64,000 bases of DNA from an uncultured Acidobacteriota bacterium (lineage in GTDB: Bacteria; Acidobacteriota; UBA6911), in contig CAWHCF010000052.1 in NCBI GenBank assembly GCA_963827655.1, positions 64,001 through 128,000 on the forward strand. Direction: 5' to 3'. Shown here in pieces: positions 30,928 to 40,909 of the stretch. The position numbers were made by a program, and so were the translations under genes. The notes below the pieces were generated by a model, which saw only the letters and a list, made by a program, of their open reading frames with translations, was not told where the DNA came from and did not search any database. Numbering within the stretch: position 1 is the stretch's first letter; each line of letters starts with the position of its first letter.

Positions 30928-32511
30928 ATGACAAGGATCCTGATCCTGGAAGAAATAGCGCCGGCCGGGCTCGACCTGCTCAAAGCTGAGCCAAGCTTTG
31001 ACGTGCAGGAACTCTACGACGAGGACACCGGCAAGATTCAGCAGGCCCTCGCCGAGGCTGAAGTCCTGGTGGTTCGCAGCCGTACCAAGGTCACGGCCCA
31101 GCTGCTCGAAAGCGCCCCGAAGCTCAAGATCGTCGGTCGCCCGGGAACCGGGGTGGATAACGTCGACGTCCCTGCGGCCACTCGCCGCGGCATCGTAGTC
31201 ATGAACACGCCGGCAGGAAACAGCATCAGCGCTGCCGAACACACCATGGGACTCCTGCTCGCGCTGATGAGGCGAATTCCTCAGGCCGATTCCTCGATCA
31301 AGCAAGGAAAATGGGAAAGGCAGCGGTTTATTGGAACCGAACTGGACGAAAAAGTACTGGGCGTCATCGGCTACGGCAAGATCGGCATCGAGGTGGTGAA
31401 GCGCGCCCAAAGCTTCAGGATGAGGGTTGTGGTGTTCGACCCATACGTTTCCGACGCGCTAGCCCGGGACCATAACCTCCGCATGGTCAGTCTGGAGGAG
31501 CTTCTGGCGGAATCGGACATCGTGACACTGCATTGCCCGTTGACCGCAACGACCCGAAAGCTCATCAACACCGGCACGCTTGCCATGATGAAAGATGGCG
31601 CCTGCCTGATCAACGCCGCCCGAGGAGAACTGGTCGACGAAGGCGCGCTGCTGAACGCGTTGAAATCGGGAAAGCTGGCCGGAGCCGCCCTGGATGTCTT
31701 TGCCAACGAACCCAAACCCGACCCGGAGCTGGTCAGACTCCCGAGCGTCATCGCCACGCCCCACATCGGAGCCTCGACCGTCGAGGCCCAGGAGAAGGTA
31801 GGAGTAGATATTTCGATCCAGATCCGGGACTACTTCCGGGATGGGATTGTCCGGAATGCGGTTAATTTTCCCTCGGTTTCGCTGGCAGAATATCGCAGGC
31901 TGGCGCCCTATCTCGAACTCGGGGAGCGGCTGGGAAGTTTCGCCGGCCAGATCTGCAACGGCAGGATGGAGGAAGTGACGGTTCGCTACTACGGCGAGCT
32001 CGCCGAAATGAACACGCATCTGATCTGCAGCTCAATCCTGGTGGGAGTGCTCAGGCCGATTCTCACGGAGCGAGTCACGCTCGTGAACGCGGTGGAGACC
32101 GCAAGGGAGCGCGGCATAAGTTTCGTCGAGTCCACCAGCACCAGGCAGCGGAGTTACAGCAATCTCATCTCGGTCAAACTGATTACCAACCGCGGCGAAG
32201 AATGGGTGGAAGGGACGGTGCTGCATCAGAATCACCTTCACCTGGTCTCTCTTTACGGCATCGATGTCGATGCGCCGCTTCGGGGAGACATGCTCATCAT
32301 TCGCAATGCCGACACGCCGGGTGTTATCGGGCGGGTTGGGACTATCCTGGGAGATCAGCAGATCAACATCGCGAATTTCGCGCTCGGGCGCAGCGAGACT
32401 TCGCCTCAAGCCGTGGGCGTGGTCAACGTCGATTCCGAGATCAGCGCCCAGGTGTTGCAGGCGATACGCGCCTTGCCGCAGGTGCTGCTAGCCCAGGTCG
32501 TCCGGGTCTAG
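30928..32511 (+). CDS. serA: D-3-phosphoglycerate dehydrogenase
   Basis: VRSRTKV, GTGVDNVD, GVIGYGKIG, INAARG, TPHIGAST.EAQ, C-terminal ASB and ACT domains. Confidence 0.96.
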   Translation: MTRILILEEIAPAGLDLLKAEPSFDVQELYDEDTGKIQQALAEAEVLVVRSRTKVTAQLLESAPKLKIVGRPGTGVDNVDVPAATRRGIVVMNTPAGNSISAAEHTMGLLLALMRRIPQADSSIKQGKWERQRFIGTELDEKVLGVIGYGKIGIEVVKRAQSFRMRVVVFDPYVSDALARDHNLRMVSLEELLAESDIVTLHCPLTATTRKLINTGTLAMMKDGACLINAARGELVDEGALLNALKSGKLAGAALDVFANEPKPDPELVRLPSVIATPHIGASTVEAQEKVGVDISIQIRDYFRDGIVRNAVNFPSVSLAEYRRLAPYLELGERLGSFAGQICNGRMEEVTVRYYGELAEMNTHLICSSILVGVLRPILTERVTLVNAVETARERGISFVESTSTRQRSYSNLISVKLITNRGEEWVEGTVLHQNHLHLVSLYGIDVDAPLRGDMLIIRNADTPGVIGRVGTILGDQQINIANFALGRSETSPQAVGVVNVDSEISAQVLQAIRALPQVLLAQVVRV

Positions 32512-32578
32512 ACCTTACACACCACCAAGACGCCAGGGCGCCCAAGGATTTTCATTCCCCTTGCGAAAATTGACACTG

Positions 32579-32616
32579 GTTGTATAATTAGTCGCCTCTT
32601 TGCATATTTATTTCGA
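32579..32616 (+). promoter_or_regulatory. tandem ARG boxes (ArgR operator) overlapping a TATAAT -10 element
   Basis: TGTATAATTAGTCG (32581) and TGCATATTTATTTC (32601), 20-bp period, resembling TGMAT-W4-ATKCA, immediately before argR. Confidence 0.7.
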
Positions 32617-33062
32617 TGGGCGGGATTTCGAAGAAGACGCGACAAAGCAGGATCCGGGAAGCGGTGGGAAGATCCCAGGTTCGCAGCCAGCGAAGTCTAT
32701 CGGGGATCCTCGAGCGGGACGGGATTCACGTAACCCAGTCGACCCTGTCGCGCGACATCCTGGCGCTCGGGTTGGTCAAGGTCCGGGGAGTCTATCGTGT
32801 GCCCGAAGAAGCTCAGAGTTCTCCTCCGACAGATCTCCGGCGCTCGCTCCGGCAGCTCGTCGTTGATAGCGGAGTTTCCGGCAACATTCTTATTATGAAA
32901 ACAGCTCCCGGCGACGGCCACGCTCTGGGCGTGGTTCTGGATGCGGCGGGCTGGCCGGAAATTCTTGGAACGGTCGCGGGGGATGATACCGTCTTTGCCT
33001 TGCTCCGTAGTTCGCGGATCGGCAAACAGGTGCTTCGCCGGATCGAGGGCCTCAGATTATGA
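32616..33062 (+). CDS. argR: Arginine repressor
   Basis: VTQSTLSRDI wHTH motif; ILGTVAGDDTV. Confidence 0.93.
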   Translation: MGGISKKTRQSRIREAVGRSQVRSQRSLSGILERDGIHVTQSTLSRDILALGLVKVRGVYRVPEEAQSSPPTDLRRSLRQLVVDSGVSGNILIMKTAPGDGHALGVVLDAAGWPEILGTVAGDDTVFALLRSSRIGKQVLRRIEGLRL

Positions 33063-34111
33063 AGATCCCAGTGGCAGTGGTCGGCGTGACAGGCTACTCA
33101 GGCTTGGAGCTGATGAAGATTGTTCTGAGGCATCCGGCGATGGATTGCGTCGCCGTGATGGCTTCGGAGTCAACCGGCGAGAGGCCGCTGGGCGAGATTC
33201 ATCCGCAGTTGCGAGGAGCTTCTTCGTTAACCTGCGTCCCTCAGGATCCCGAACGGCTGGCTTCACTGAGGGTAGACACGGTCTTTTTATGCACTCCGAA
33301 TGAAGTCTCCTACGTTCTTGCCCCCAAGCTGCTGATCCACGGCATCCGGGTCATCGACCTCAGCGGATCGTTTCGCCTGAAGGACAGCGCCAGCTATTCG
33401 TCATGGTACGGTTTCAGCCATGATGAGCCCCAGTTGCTGCGCCAGGCCGTCTATGGTCTGCCGGAGTGGAACGGCCGCGCGCTCGCGCACGCAACCCTGG
33501 TAGCCAATCCCGGATGCTATCCTACTTCGGTATTGCTTCCTCTCCTTCCCCTGGTGAAATCGGGAATGTTGGAACCAGGATCGGATATCATCTGTGATTC
33601 GAAATCCGGAGTCACGGGCGCCGGCCGTAGTGCGAGGCTCGATTTGTTGTTTGGCGAAGTGTCGGAGAATTTCCGGCCCTATAGCCCGATCACCCATCGC
33701 CACGCGCCGGAGATCTGCCAGGAGCTCGGCTGGGACCGGACAAGTTTTCTTTTCGTGCCGCACCTTCTTCCCGTCAACCGGGGTATTCTCTCGACGATCT
33801 ACGTCACCTTCCAGCACAGGGTAAGCGCGGAGGAGATCGAGAGTGAATTCAAGCGACGCTACAGCCCTCATCCCTTCATCCGAACGCTCGGAACCGGACG
33901 ACTTCCGGAGTTGCGCGCCGTGGCTCACACAAACTTCTGCGACGTTGCGTGGTACCTGACTTCGGGCGGCCGGCGCGGACTCTTCTTTTCGGCTATCGAT
34001 AACCTGATCAAGGGAGCCGCAGGACAGGCGGTACAGAACTTCAACCTGATGCATGGTCTGGATGAAAGCGTCGGACTGCTGGAGAGGGAGCCCGTTGCGG
34101 TTCACGATTAA
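33059..34111 (+). CDS. argC: N-acetyl-gamma-glutamyl-phosphate reductase
   Basis: GVTGYSGLEL, VANPGCYPT, SGVTGAGR, IDNLIKGAAGQAVQN. Confidence 0.96.
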   Translation: MKIPVAVVGVTGYSGLELMKIVLRHPAMDCVAVMASESTGERPLGEIHPQLRGASSLTCVPQDPERLASLRVDTVFLCTPNEVSYVLAPKLLIHGIRVIDLSGSFRLKDSASYSSWYGFSHDEPQLLRQAVYGLPEWNGRALAHATLVANPGCYPTSVLLPLLPLVKSGMLEPGSDIICDSKSGVTGAGRSARLDLLFGEVSENFRPYSPITHRHAPEICQELGWDRTSFLFVPHLLPVNRGILSTIYVTFQHRVSAEEIESEFKRRYSPHPFIRTLGTGRLPELRAVAHTNFCDVAWYLTSGGRRGLFFSAIDNLIKGAAGQAVQNFNLMHGLDESVGLLEREPVAVHD

Positions 34112-34919
34112 GCTGGGCGGGAGTGTTTTGGAGGACCCCCGCACGCGTCTCAACATCCTGGGTCAGGTATCCAGGATCTGGGGAGAAGGACATGAAATCG
34201 TTCTGGTCCACGGGGGAGGCAAGAGTCTGAGCCGGCGTCTCGATCAGCTAGGCATAGCCTCACGCTTCGTGGACGGTTTGCGGGTCACCGACGCCGAGAC
34301 TCTTCGAGTCGCCGTGATGGTTCTCGCGGGAGAAGTCAACAAGACAATCGTCGCGGAGCTGGCCGGTCTTGGAACCCGGGCGGTGGGATTCTGCGGCGCA
34401 GATGCCGGAGCCGTGTCATGCGTGCCGGCTGAGGAACCCCCGGGCGGGAATGAAAAGCTGGGTTACGTAGGCCGGCCTGTGGCGATAAATCGAAGCTTCT
34501 TCGATTTGCTGCTGGGACAGAAGCTGGTTCCAGTGGTTTCGAGTCTCGCCCTGGGCGAGGACTTCCGCTTGTATAACGTCAATGCGGACCAGATGGCATC
34601 GGTTTGCGCCTGGAGCACCCATTCGCAGGCGCTGGTTTTTCTCACCGATGTCCCTGGTGTTCGGAGCGGTAGTGGTGAGGTACTGAAAGAAATCGGACGT
34701 AAAGATATCGAAAGACTTCGAGGCCAGGGCGTGATCGCGGGAGGCATGCTGCCCAAAACACGCTCGTGCCTGGAAGCGATCGATCGAGGCGTGCCAGCCG
34801 TGTACATTGTCCCCGGCGCCGGCCACGAGGTGCTGAGGGATCTCGTGGACGGAAACTTGACGGAGGGAACATTCATTCATGGAAACGACAGAGATTCGGG
34901 ACACTTACTTGCGGATTGA
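34095..34919 (+). CDS. argB: Acetylglutamate kinase
   Basis: TTG start; IKLGGS, VHGGG, GLRVTD, NVNAD, LTDVPGV, GGMLPK. Confidence 0.94.
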   Translation: MRFTIKLGGSVLEDPRTRLNILGQVSRIWGEGHEIVLVHGGGKSLSRRLDQLGIASRFVDGLRVTDAETLRVAVMVLAGEVNKTIVAELAGLGTRAVGFCGADAGAVSCVPAEEPPGGNEKLGYVGRPVAINRSFFDLLLGQKLVPVVSSLALGEDFRLYNVNADQMASVCAWSTHSQALVFLTDVPGVRSGSGEVLKEIGRKDIERLRGQGVIAGGMLPKTRSCLEAIDRGVPAVYIVPGAGHEVLRDLVDGNLTEGTFIHGNDRDSGHLLAD

Positions 34920-36138
34920 GCCTGCTGAAATTCAGGTCCTCGAGGAAAAGTATCTATTTCCCACCTACAAGCGATACGACCTGTCTGTGTCGCATGGCTC
35001 GGGGGCCTACGTTTACGACCTGGAAGGGAACCGGTACCTGGACTTCCTGGCCGGGATCGCGGTCAATTCGCTGGGCTACAACCACCCCAGACTGGTCCGG
35101 GTTCTGCTGGAACAGGGGCAGCGCATGATTCATTGCTCCAATCTTTTCTATCACCCGTACCAGGGTCAGCTCGCGAAGCGCCTGGCCGAAGTCTCAGGAA
35201 TGTCCCGGGTATTCTTCACCAACAGCGGTACCGAGGCAATCGAAGCGGCGCTAAAAATCGCGCGGGCGTATTCGCGCAGCCAGGGAAATGACGCGAAGGC
35301 GGTAATTCTCAGCCTCAAGAATTCGTTCCACGGCAGGACGCTTGGAGCCTTGAGCATTACCGCACAGGAGAAGTACCAGGCTCCTTTCCGCCCCCTGGTT
35401 CCAGACGTCGAAGTCGTTGAAGATTTTACGGTCCCAGCGCTGCGCCGGGCCTTCTCGGACCACACCTGCGCGCTGGTACTGGAGCCCGTCCAGGGCGAAG
35501 CCGGCGTGGTCCCGCTGCCGAAAGACTTTCTTCAGGCTGCCCGGGATCTTTGCGACCAGTTCAATGCCTTGTTGATCATGGACGAGATCCAGTGCGGGTT
35601 GGGGAGGACGGGAACCTACTTCGCCTTCCAGCACTATGGAATTCAGCCTGACCTCCTCACGCTGGCCAAGTCGCTGGCGGGAGGGTATCCGCTCGGAGCG
35701 GTACTGGGGAATGCCCGCGTCGCAGAGAGTCTGAAGCCGGGCGAGCATGGGACCACTTTCGGCGGCGGTCCGCTCGCGTGCCGGCTTGCGCTCGAGGTCC
35801 TGGACATCATCGAAGATGAGAATCTGCTTCAGAAAGTGACTGACACAGGCGCCTACCTGATCGAGGGGCTCAGGAGGCTGGCCGCGCGACACCCGTTGAT
35901 AGGCGAGATCCGGGGGGTGGGGCTCATGGTTGGGGTGGAACTCGGGGACGCAGCCAAGGAAGTGGTTCAACGCCTCCTGAAACGGGGCGTTATAGCCAAT
36001 GCGGCGCACGAAACTGTCCTGCGGCTGCTGCCGCCATTCGTGGTCTCGCGCAAGGAAGTCGACGAATTCCTCCAAACCCTCGATCAGGTCCTGGGCGAGT
36101 TCGGGGAGCCGTCACCGGCGGCGGAGAAGGGAGTTTGA
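34879..36138 (+). CDS. argD: Acetylornithine aminotransferase
   Basis: DFLAGIAVNSLG, NSGTEA, SFHGRT, EPVQGEAG, DEIQCG, LAKSLAGG, HGTTFGG. Confidence 0.95.
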   Translation: METTEIRDTYLRIEPAEIQVLEEKYLFPTYKRYDLSVSHGSGAYVYDLEGNRYLDFLAGIAVNSLGYNHPRLVRVLLEQGQRMIHCSNLFYHPYQGQLAKRLAEVSGMSRVFFTNSGTEAIEAALKIARAYSRSQGNDAKAVILSLKNSFHGRTLGALSITAQEKYQAPFRPLVPDVEVVEDFTVPALRRAFSDHTCALVLEPVQGEAGVVPLPKDFLQAARDLCDQFNALLIMDEIQCGLGRTGTYFAFQHYGIQPDLLTLAKSLAGGYPLGAVLGNARVAESLKPGEHGTTFGGGPLACRLALEVLDIIEDENLLQKVTDTGAYLIEGLRRLAARHPLIGEIRGVGLMVGVELGDAAKEVVQRLLKRGVIANAAHETVLRLLPPFVVSRKEVDEFLQTLDQVLGEFGEPSPAAEKGV

Positions 36139-36653
36139 CAGTGTCCAGCGCAAGCTCTGTGGTCGACCTTGCCGGCGTCAGGGTTGCGCCGGTGCAGGTT
36201 AGAAAAGCCCGCGTGTTTGACGTGGAGGCCATGCATCGCCTCATCAATCACTACGCCGGACAGCAACTCATGCTCCCAAAGACGAACCTCCAGCTGTACG
36301 AGAATCTGCGCGATTATCACGTGGCCGTAGAAACTGCCGACGACAACAAGGTCCTGGGCTGCGGCGCCCTGCACATTTACTGGACCAACCTGGCCGAGAT
36401 CCGCGCCCTGGCGGTCTTTCCGGGAACGACCCACAAAGGTGTGGGGACTCTTCTGGTGGACCGGTTAATCGAAGAGGCGCGGACATTCGAGCTCGAGCGG
36501 GTCTTCGTCTTCACTTACGTGCCGGAGTTCTTCGGCCGTTTTGGCTTCGTCCAGGTAGAACACCGATCCTTGCCGCTGAAGGTCTACAACGAGTGTTTTC
36601 ACTGTCCCAAGTTCAATTCCTGCGACGAAGTGGCCATGGTGCTTCAACTATGA
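36135..36653 (+). CDS. Short GNAT N-acetyltransferase, probable N-acetylglutamate synthase
   Basis: LAEIRALAV..GVGTLLV, FFGRFGF, LPLKVYNECFHCPKF..CDE; located inside the arg operon. Confidence 0.8.
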   Translation: MTVSSASSVVDLAGVRVAPVQVRKARVFDVEAMHRLINHYAGQQLMLPKTNLQLYENLRDYHVAVETADDNKVLGCGALHIYWTNLAEIRALAVFPGTTHKGVGTLLVDRLIEEARTFELERVFVFTYVPEFFGRFGFVQVEHRSLPLKVYNECFHCPKFNSCDEVAMVLQL

Positions 36654-37891
36654 ATCCTGCGCGCCGCCTTTCCCGCTTCGGCGCGGGTTCTGCCTGGACT
36701 CCCATCGAGGGGGGGATTACCTCCGCCCAGGGCTACCTGGCCTGCGGGGTGACCGCAGGATTGAAAAAAGGCGGCCCGGACCTGGCGCTCATTTTCTCCT
36801 CGTTGCCCGCGAACGGTTCGGCGGTCTTTACGCTTAACCAGGTACTCGCGGCGCCCGTCATCGTGAGCCGAAGACACCTGAGACGCTCTCGCGGGAAAGT
36901 CCGCGCCATCATCTTGAATTCCGGTTGTGCCAATGCGTGCACGGGGGAGAAGGGAATCCGCGACGCGATCCAGAGCGCCCAGAGGCTGGCTCTCCGGCTG
37001 CAGGTCAATCCTTATCACGTTCTGGTGGCCAGCACCGGAGTCATCGGCCAACCTCTTCACATGCGGAGGCTCCTCAAAGGGATCTCGCTGGCTGTGCCTG
37101 TTTTGAGCGCCAAGGGAGGCGAGGATGCCGCCCGAGCCATCATGACTACCGACACTCGAGCCAAGACTTACGCCGTGCAAGGGAATATCGCGGGCAAGGC
37201 CGTCCGCATCGGCGGCATGGCCAAGGGGTCCGGAATGATTCATCCCCAGATGGCCACGATGCTATCGGTAATCACCACGGACGCGGGTTTGCCGCGCACC
37301 CTGATGGATTCAATTTTTCGACGCGTGGTCGATCGAACCTTCAATTGCCTTACCGTGGACGGAGACACTTCGACCAATGACATGGTCCTGCTGATGGCGA
37401 ACGGAGCGTCCGAGGCGGAGGTGGACTCGCGCTCCGCCTCGTATTTCGAGGAGGGGCTCGAACGCGTTTGTGAGGCTCTGGCCAAGAGTATCGCGCGGGA
37501 CGGCGAGGGCGCGACCAAGTTTGTTGAAGTCACCGTGCAGAGGGCACCGAGCTTTGCCGATGCCAGGCGGGTGGCCAAGGCTATCGCGCATTCGCCTCTG
37601 GTTAAGGCCGCGCTTTACGGCGAGGAGCTGAACTGGGGAAGAATCCTCTGCGCCGCGGGCTACAGCGGCATTCCTTTCAATCCGGATAAAGTCACGTTGA
37701 AGGTATGCGGGATCCCGGTCTTCCGCAACGGGACTGGAATATCGGCCACTCGAATGCGAGCCGAGCAAGCGCTAAAATCGCGCGACATTCAGATTCTTCT
37801 CGATCTCCAGAAGGGAAACTCGGCGGCCCGGGTCTGGACCTGCGATCTCACTCGCGGTTACATCGACATCAACGCCAGCTACATCACCTAG
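36650..37891 (+). CDS. argJ: Ornithine acetyltransferase ArgJ
   Basis: NSGCANACTG, STGVIG, AIMTTDT, KGSGMIHPQMATML, DGDTSTND, DGEGATK. Confidence 0.96.
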   Translation: MNPARRLSRFGAGSAWTPIEGGITSAQGYLACGVTAGLKKGGPDLALIFSSLPANGSAVFTLNQVLAAPVIVSRRHLRRSRGKVRAIILNSGCANACTGEKGIRDAIQSAQRLALRLQVNPYHVLVASTGVIGQPLHMRRLLKGISLAVPVLSAKGGEDAARAIMTTDTRAKTYAVQGNIAGKAVRIGGMAKGSGMIHPQMATMLSVITTDAGLPRTLMDSIFRRVVDRTFNCLTVDGDTSTNDMVLLMANGASEAEVDSRSASYFEEGLERVCEALAKSIARDGEGATKFVEVTVQRAPSFADARRVAKAIAHSPLVKAALYGEELNWGRILCAAGYSGIPFNPDKVTLKVCGIPVFRNGTGISATRMRAEQALKSRDIQILLDLQKGNSAARVWTCDLTRGYIDINASYIT

Positions 37892-37956
37892 CAACGTCTT
37901 GCTCGGTTTCGCCGCATCAACCACGAAGACGCGATGCAGAGCCTCCAAATAAGCCC

Positions 37957-37984
37957 TTGACAATCTACGGTCCATGTTTAAGAT
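37957..37984 (+). promoter_or_regulatory. putative sigma70 promoter of the leu leader
   Basis: TTGACA-N16-TAAGAT. Confidence 0.5.
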
Positions 37985-38037
37985 AACGTGACCGCGTTAA
38001 GAGGGCGAGAAGCGCCCTTGGGGGGACAAAGTCGACG

Positions 38038-38145
38038 ATGACTCTGCAACAGGAATTCCGGCTTTTTCAGATTGCATTACACCGGTCGTTCCTTCTTCGC
38101 ACCCTCATCCTTACTGGCCCTTTGCTCGGCCCGTCGTCCCTTTAG
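38038..38145 (+). CDS. putative Leu-rich leader peptide of leuA (35 aa)
   Basis: MTLQQEFRLFQIALHRSFLLRTLILTGPLLGPSSL*; 10 Leu codons, G-rich RBS-like run upstream, ends 66 nt before leuA. Confidence 0.62.
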   Translation: MTLQQEFRLFQIALHRSFLLRTLILTGPLLGPSSL

Positions 38146-38211
38146 GACTGCCCGGCAAAGGGATCACAGACAGTCTCAGCCCTGTTCATCAGAAAGGTAA
38201 AGGAGCAAACA

Positions 38212-39765
38212 ATGGACAACCGCGTTTATATCTTCGACACCACCCTGAGAGATGGCGAGCAGTCTCCGGGCGCCAGCATGAACATCGAGGAAAAACTCCT
38301 GTTGGCGCGCCAGCTCGAGAGACTGCGCGTGGACGTCATTGAAGCCGGGTTCCCGATCTCTTCCGACGGCGACTTCGAATCGGTAAAGCGAATAGCCGAG
38401 GAGGTTCGCACCGTGACCATTGCCGGCCTCGCCCGCGCCGGCAAGTTGGATATCGATCGGTGCTGGGAGGCGGTACAGTACGCCGCCAAACCAAGAATCC
38501 ACACTTTCATCGCTACTTCCGACATTCATTTAAAGTACAAGCTCAAGAAAACACGAGAGCAGGTTCTGCAGGATGCCCGGGAGGCTGTCCGGTACGCTCG
38601 AACCCTTTGCCAGGACGTTGAGTTCTCGGCCGAGGATGCCTCCCGCACCGATCTGGATTATCTCTGTTCGGTGCTGGAAGCGGTCATAGACGCAGGAGCA
38701 CGCGTGGTGAACATTCCCGATACGGTGGGCTATGCCATCCCGACGGAGTTTGGCGAGAGAATCAAGTACCTTCGCGCCCGCGTGAAAAACATCGACCGCG
38801 CGATCATGTCCGTGCACTGCCACAACGACCTGGGGCTGGCGGTAGCCAACTCGCTGATCGCTATCCAGAACGGCGCCCGCCAGGTGGAATGCACAATTAA
38901 CGGAATCGGAGAACGGGCAGGGAATGCGTCGCTGGAAGAGATTGTGATGGCGCTCCAGACCCGCCGGGATTTCTTCGGCCTGGATATGGAGGTAAACACT
39001 CAGGAGATCTACCCGGCGAGTCGACTGCTCACGAATCTCACCGGCTTGATGGTTCAATCGAACAAAGCGATCGTGGGCCGCAACGCCTTCGCTCATGAGG
39101 CCGGGATTCACCAGGACGGTGTCATCAAAGAGAAATCGACGTACGAGATCATGCGTCCGGAAGCCGTGGGAATCAAAGAGAGCAAACTGATCATGGGGAA
39201 ACATTCCGGCCGCCATGCGTTGAAATTGAAATACCAGGAACTCGGTTTTGAACTGGGCAACGCCGAACTGGAGAAGGCTTATGTCCTGTTCAAGAAGGTG
39301 GCGGACAAGAAGAAGGAAGTCTATGACGATGATCTGATCGTGATCGTCCGCGATGGGCTCCGGATATTCCCGGAGGCTTACAAGTTGAAGTACATTCAAT
39401 CGAGCGGCGGCAATCAAATCATTGCTACGGCGACCATCGTTCTTGAAAGGGACGGCCAGACCTTCCGCGACTCTGCGATCGGCGACGGGCCGGTCGACGC
39501 GGCGCTCAAGGTGATCGATCGCATCACGGGAATCGAGGGGCGGCTCATGGATTACAACGTCCACAGCGTGACGCGCGGGAAGGACGCGGTGGGCGAGGTA
39601 TTCATGAAGGTCGACTTCGGAAAGGTTTCGTTTATCGGCAAAGCGGCCAGCACTGATGTGGTCGATGCCAGCGCGCGCGCATACCTGAACGCGATAAACA
39701 AGATGGCCCACTACCAGATGGCGGTGGCGGAACACAGGGAAGCGGCCGAGTCGGCCGGAGCGTAA
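38212..39765 (+). CDS. leuA: 2-isopropylmalate synthase
   Basis: [43 protein letters not shown], regulatory domain GPVDA. Confidence 0.97.
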   Translation: MDNRVYIFDTTLRDGEQSPGASMNIEEKLLLARQLERLRVDVIEAGFPISSDGDFESVKRIAEEVRTVTIAGLARAGKLDIDRCWEAVQYAAKPRIHTFIATSDIHLKYKLKKTREQVLQDAREAVRYARTLCQDVEFSAEDASRTDLDYLCSVLEAVIDAGARVVNIPDTVGYAIPTEFGERIKYLRARVKNIDRAIMSVHCHNDLGLAVANSLIAIQNGARQVECTINGIGERAGNASLEEIVMALQTRRDFFGLDMEVNTQEIYPASRLLTNLTGLMVQSNKAIVGRNAFAHEAGIHQDGVIKEKSTYEIMRPEAVGIKESKLIMGKHSGRHALKLKYQELGFELGNAELEKAYVLFKKVADKKKEVYDDDLIVIVRDGLRIFPEAYKLKYIQSSGGNQIIATATIVLERDGQTFRDSAIGDGPVDAALKVIDRITGIEGRLMDYNVHSVTRGKDAVGEVFMKVDFGKVSFIGKAASTDVVDASARAYLNAINKMAHYQMAVAEHREAAESAGA

Positions 39766-39808
39766 GGCGCTCTCAGCTTTTGGCGTCTTCTTGGGGGTCC
39801 ATCAAACA

Positions 39809-40909
39809 ATGACTGGTCCGAAATCCATTTGTATCCTGCCTGGGGACGGCATCGGTCCTGAGGTGATCAGACCTGCGGTTGAGCTTCTGCGCCAGGTGGC
39901 ATCACTTGCCGGATTTGAGGTAGACACGCGCGAAGCCGCGATTGGCGGAAACGCGTTGGACCGTTTCGGAACTTCTTTGCCCGACGAGACCCTTCGCCTG
40001 TGCAAGTCGAGTGACGCCATCCTGCTCGGGGCTGTCGGCGGACCTAAATGGGATTCCCATCCCCAGCACCTACGACCGGAAGCGGGCCTTTTGCGACTCC
40101 GAAAAGAGCTTGGCCTTTTTGGGAATCTCCGGCCGATCCGTCAGGCTTCCTCGCTTCTGGCGTGCTCGACTCTAAAGCCTGAAATCATCCGGGACGTTGA
40201 CCTGGTGATGGTCCGTGAACTCACGGGAGGGCTGTATTTCGGAGAGCCTCGGGGAATATCCGGCGAGCCGGGAAAAGAGGTCGGGCGAAACACAATGGTC
40301 TACCAGCGCCACGAGATCGAGCGAGTCGCGCGGAGGGCATTCGAACTGTCCAGAGCGCGTCGAAAGCATGTGACCTCGGTTGACAAGGCCAATGTTCTGG
40401 ACGTCAGCCGCCTGTGGAGACAGGTCGTGGACGAGCTGCACCGGGACTTCAAAGACGTCGCGCTGGATCATCAATACGTGGATAACTGCGCCATGCAGAT
40501 GGTCCTTCGCCCAACCCAGTTCGATGTCATTCTCACGGAGAACACCTTCGGAGACATCCTCAGCGACATCGGTGGCGTACTGACCGGCAGCATCGGGACT
40601 TTGCCGTCGGCGAGCGTCGGCGAGGGTCCGCCACTGTACGAGCCTGTGCACGGTACCGCGCCTGACATCGCCGGGCAAGACCTGGCCAATCCCATCGGCG
40701 CTCTTGGCTGCATCGCCATGATGTTTGAGATCTCGTTCGAACGCCCCGACTGGAGCGCCCGCATCAACGGCGCGATTGACGCGGTTCTGGCGCAGGGATA
40801 CTGCACGCGCGATCTTGCCGTCTCGGGGGGAAAGGTAATCGGCACGCAGGATTTTGCCGGACGCGTTCAGGCCCGGGTCACGGTCGAGGAGAAGGCGGTC
40901 CAGTCTTAA
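39809..40909 (+). CDS. leuB: 3-isopropylmalate dehydrogenase
   Basis: LPGDGIGPEV, GAVGGPKW, RELTGGLYFG, VDKANV, EPVHGTAPDIAG. Confidence 0.96.
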   Translation: MTGPKSICILPGDGIGPEVIRPAVELLRQVASLAGFEVDTREAAIGGNALDRFGTSLPDETLRLCKSSDAILLGAVGGPKWDSHPQHLRPEAGLLRLRKELGLFGNLRPIRQASSLLACSTLKPEIIRDVDLVMVRELTGGLYFGEPRGISGEPGKEVGRNTMVYQRHEIERVARRAFELSRARRKHVTSVDKANVLDVSRLWRQVVDELHRDFKDVALDHQYVDNCAMQMVLRPTQFDVILTENTFGDILSDIGGVLTGSIGTLPSASVGEGPPLYEPVHGTAPDIAGQDLANPIGALGCIAMMFEISFERPDWSARINGAIDAVLAQGYCTRDLAVSGGKVIGTQDFAGRVQARVTVEEKAVQS

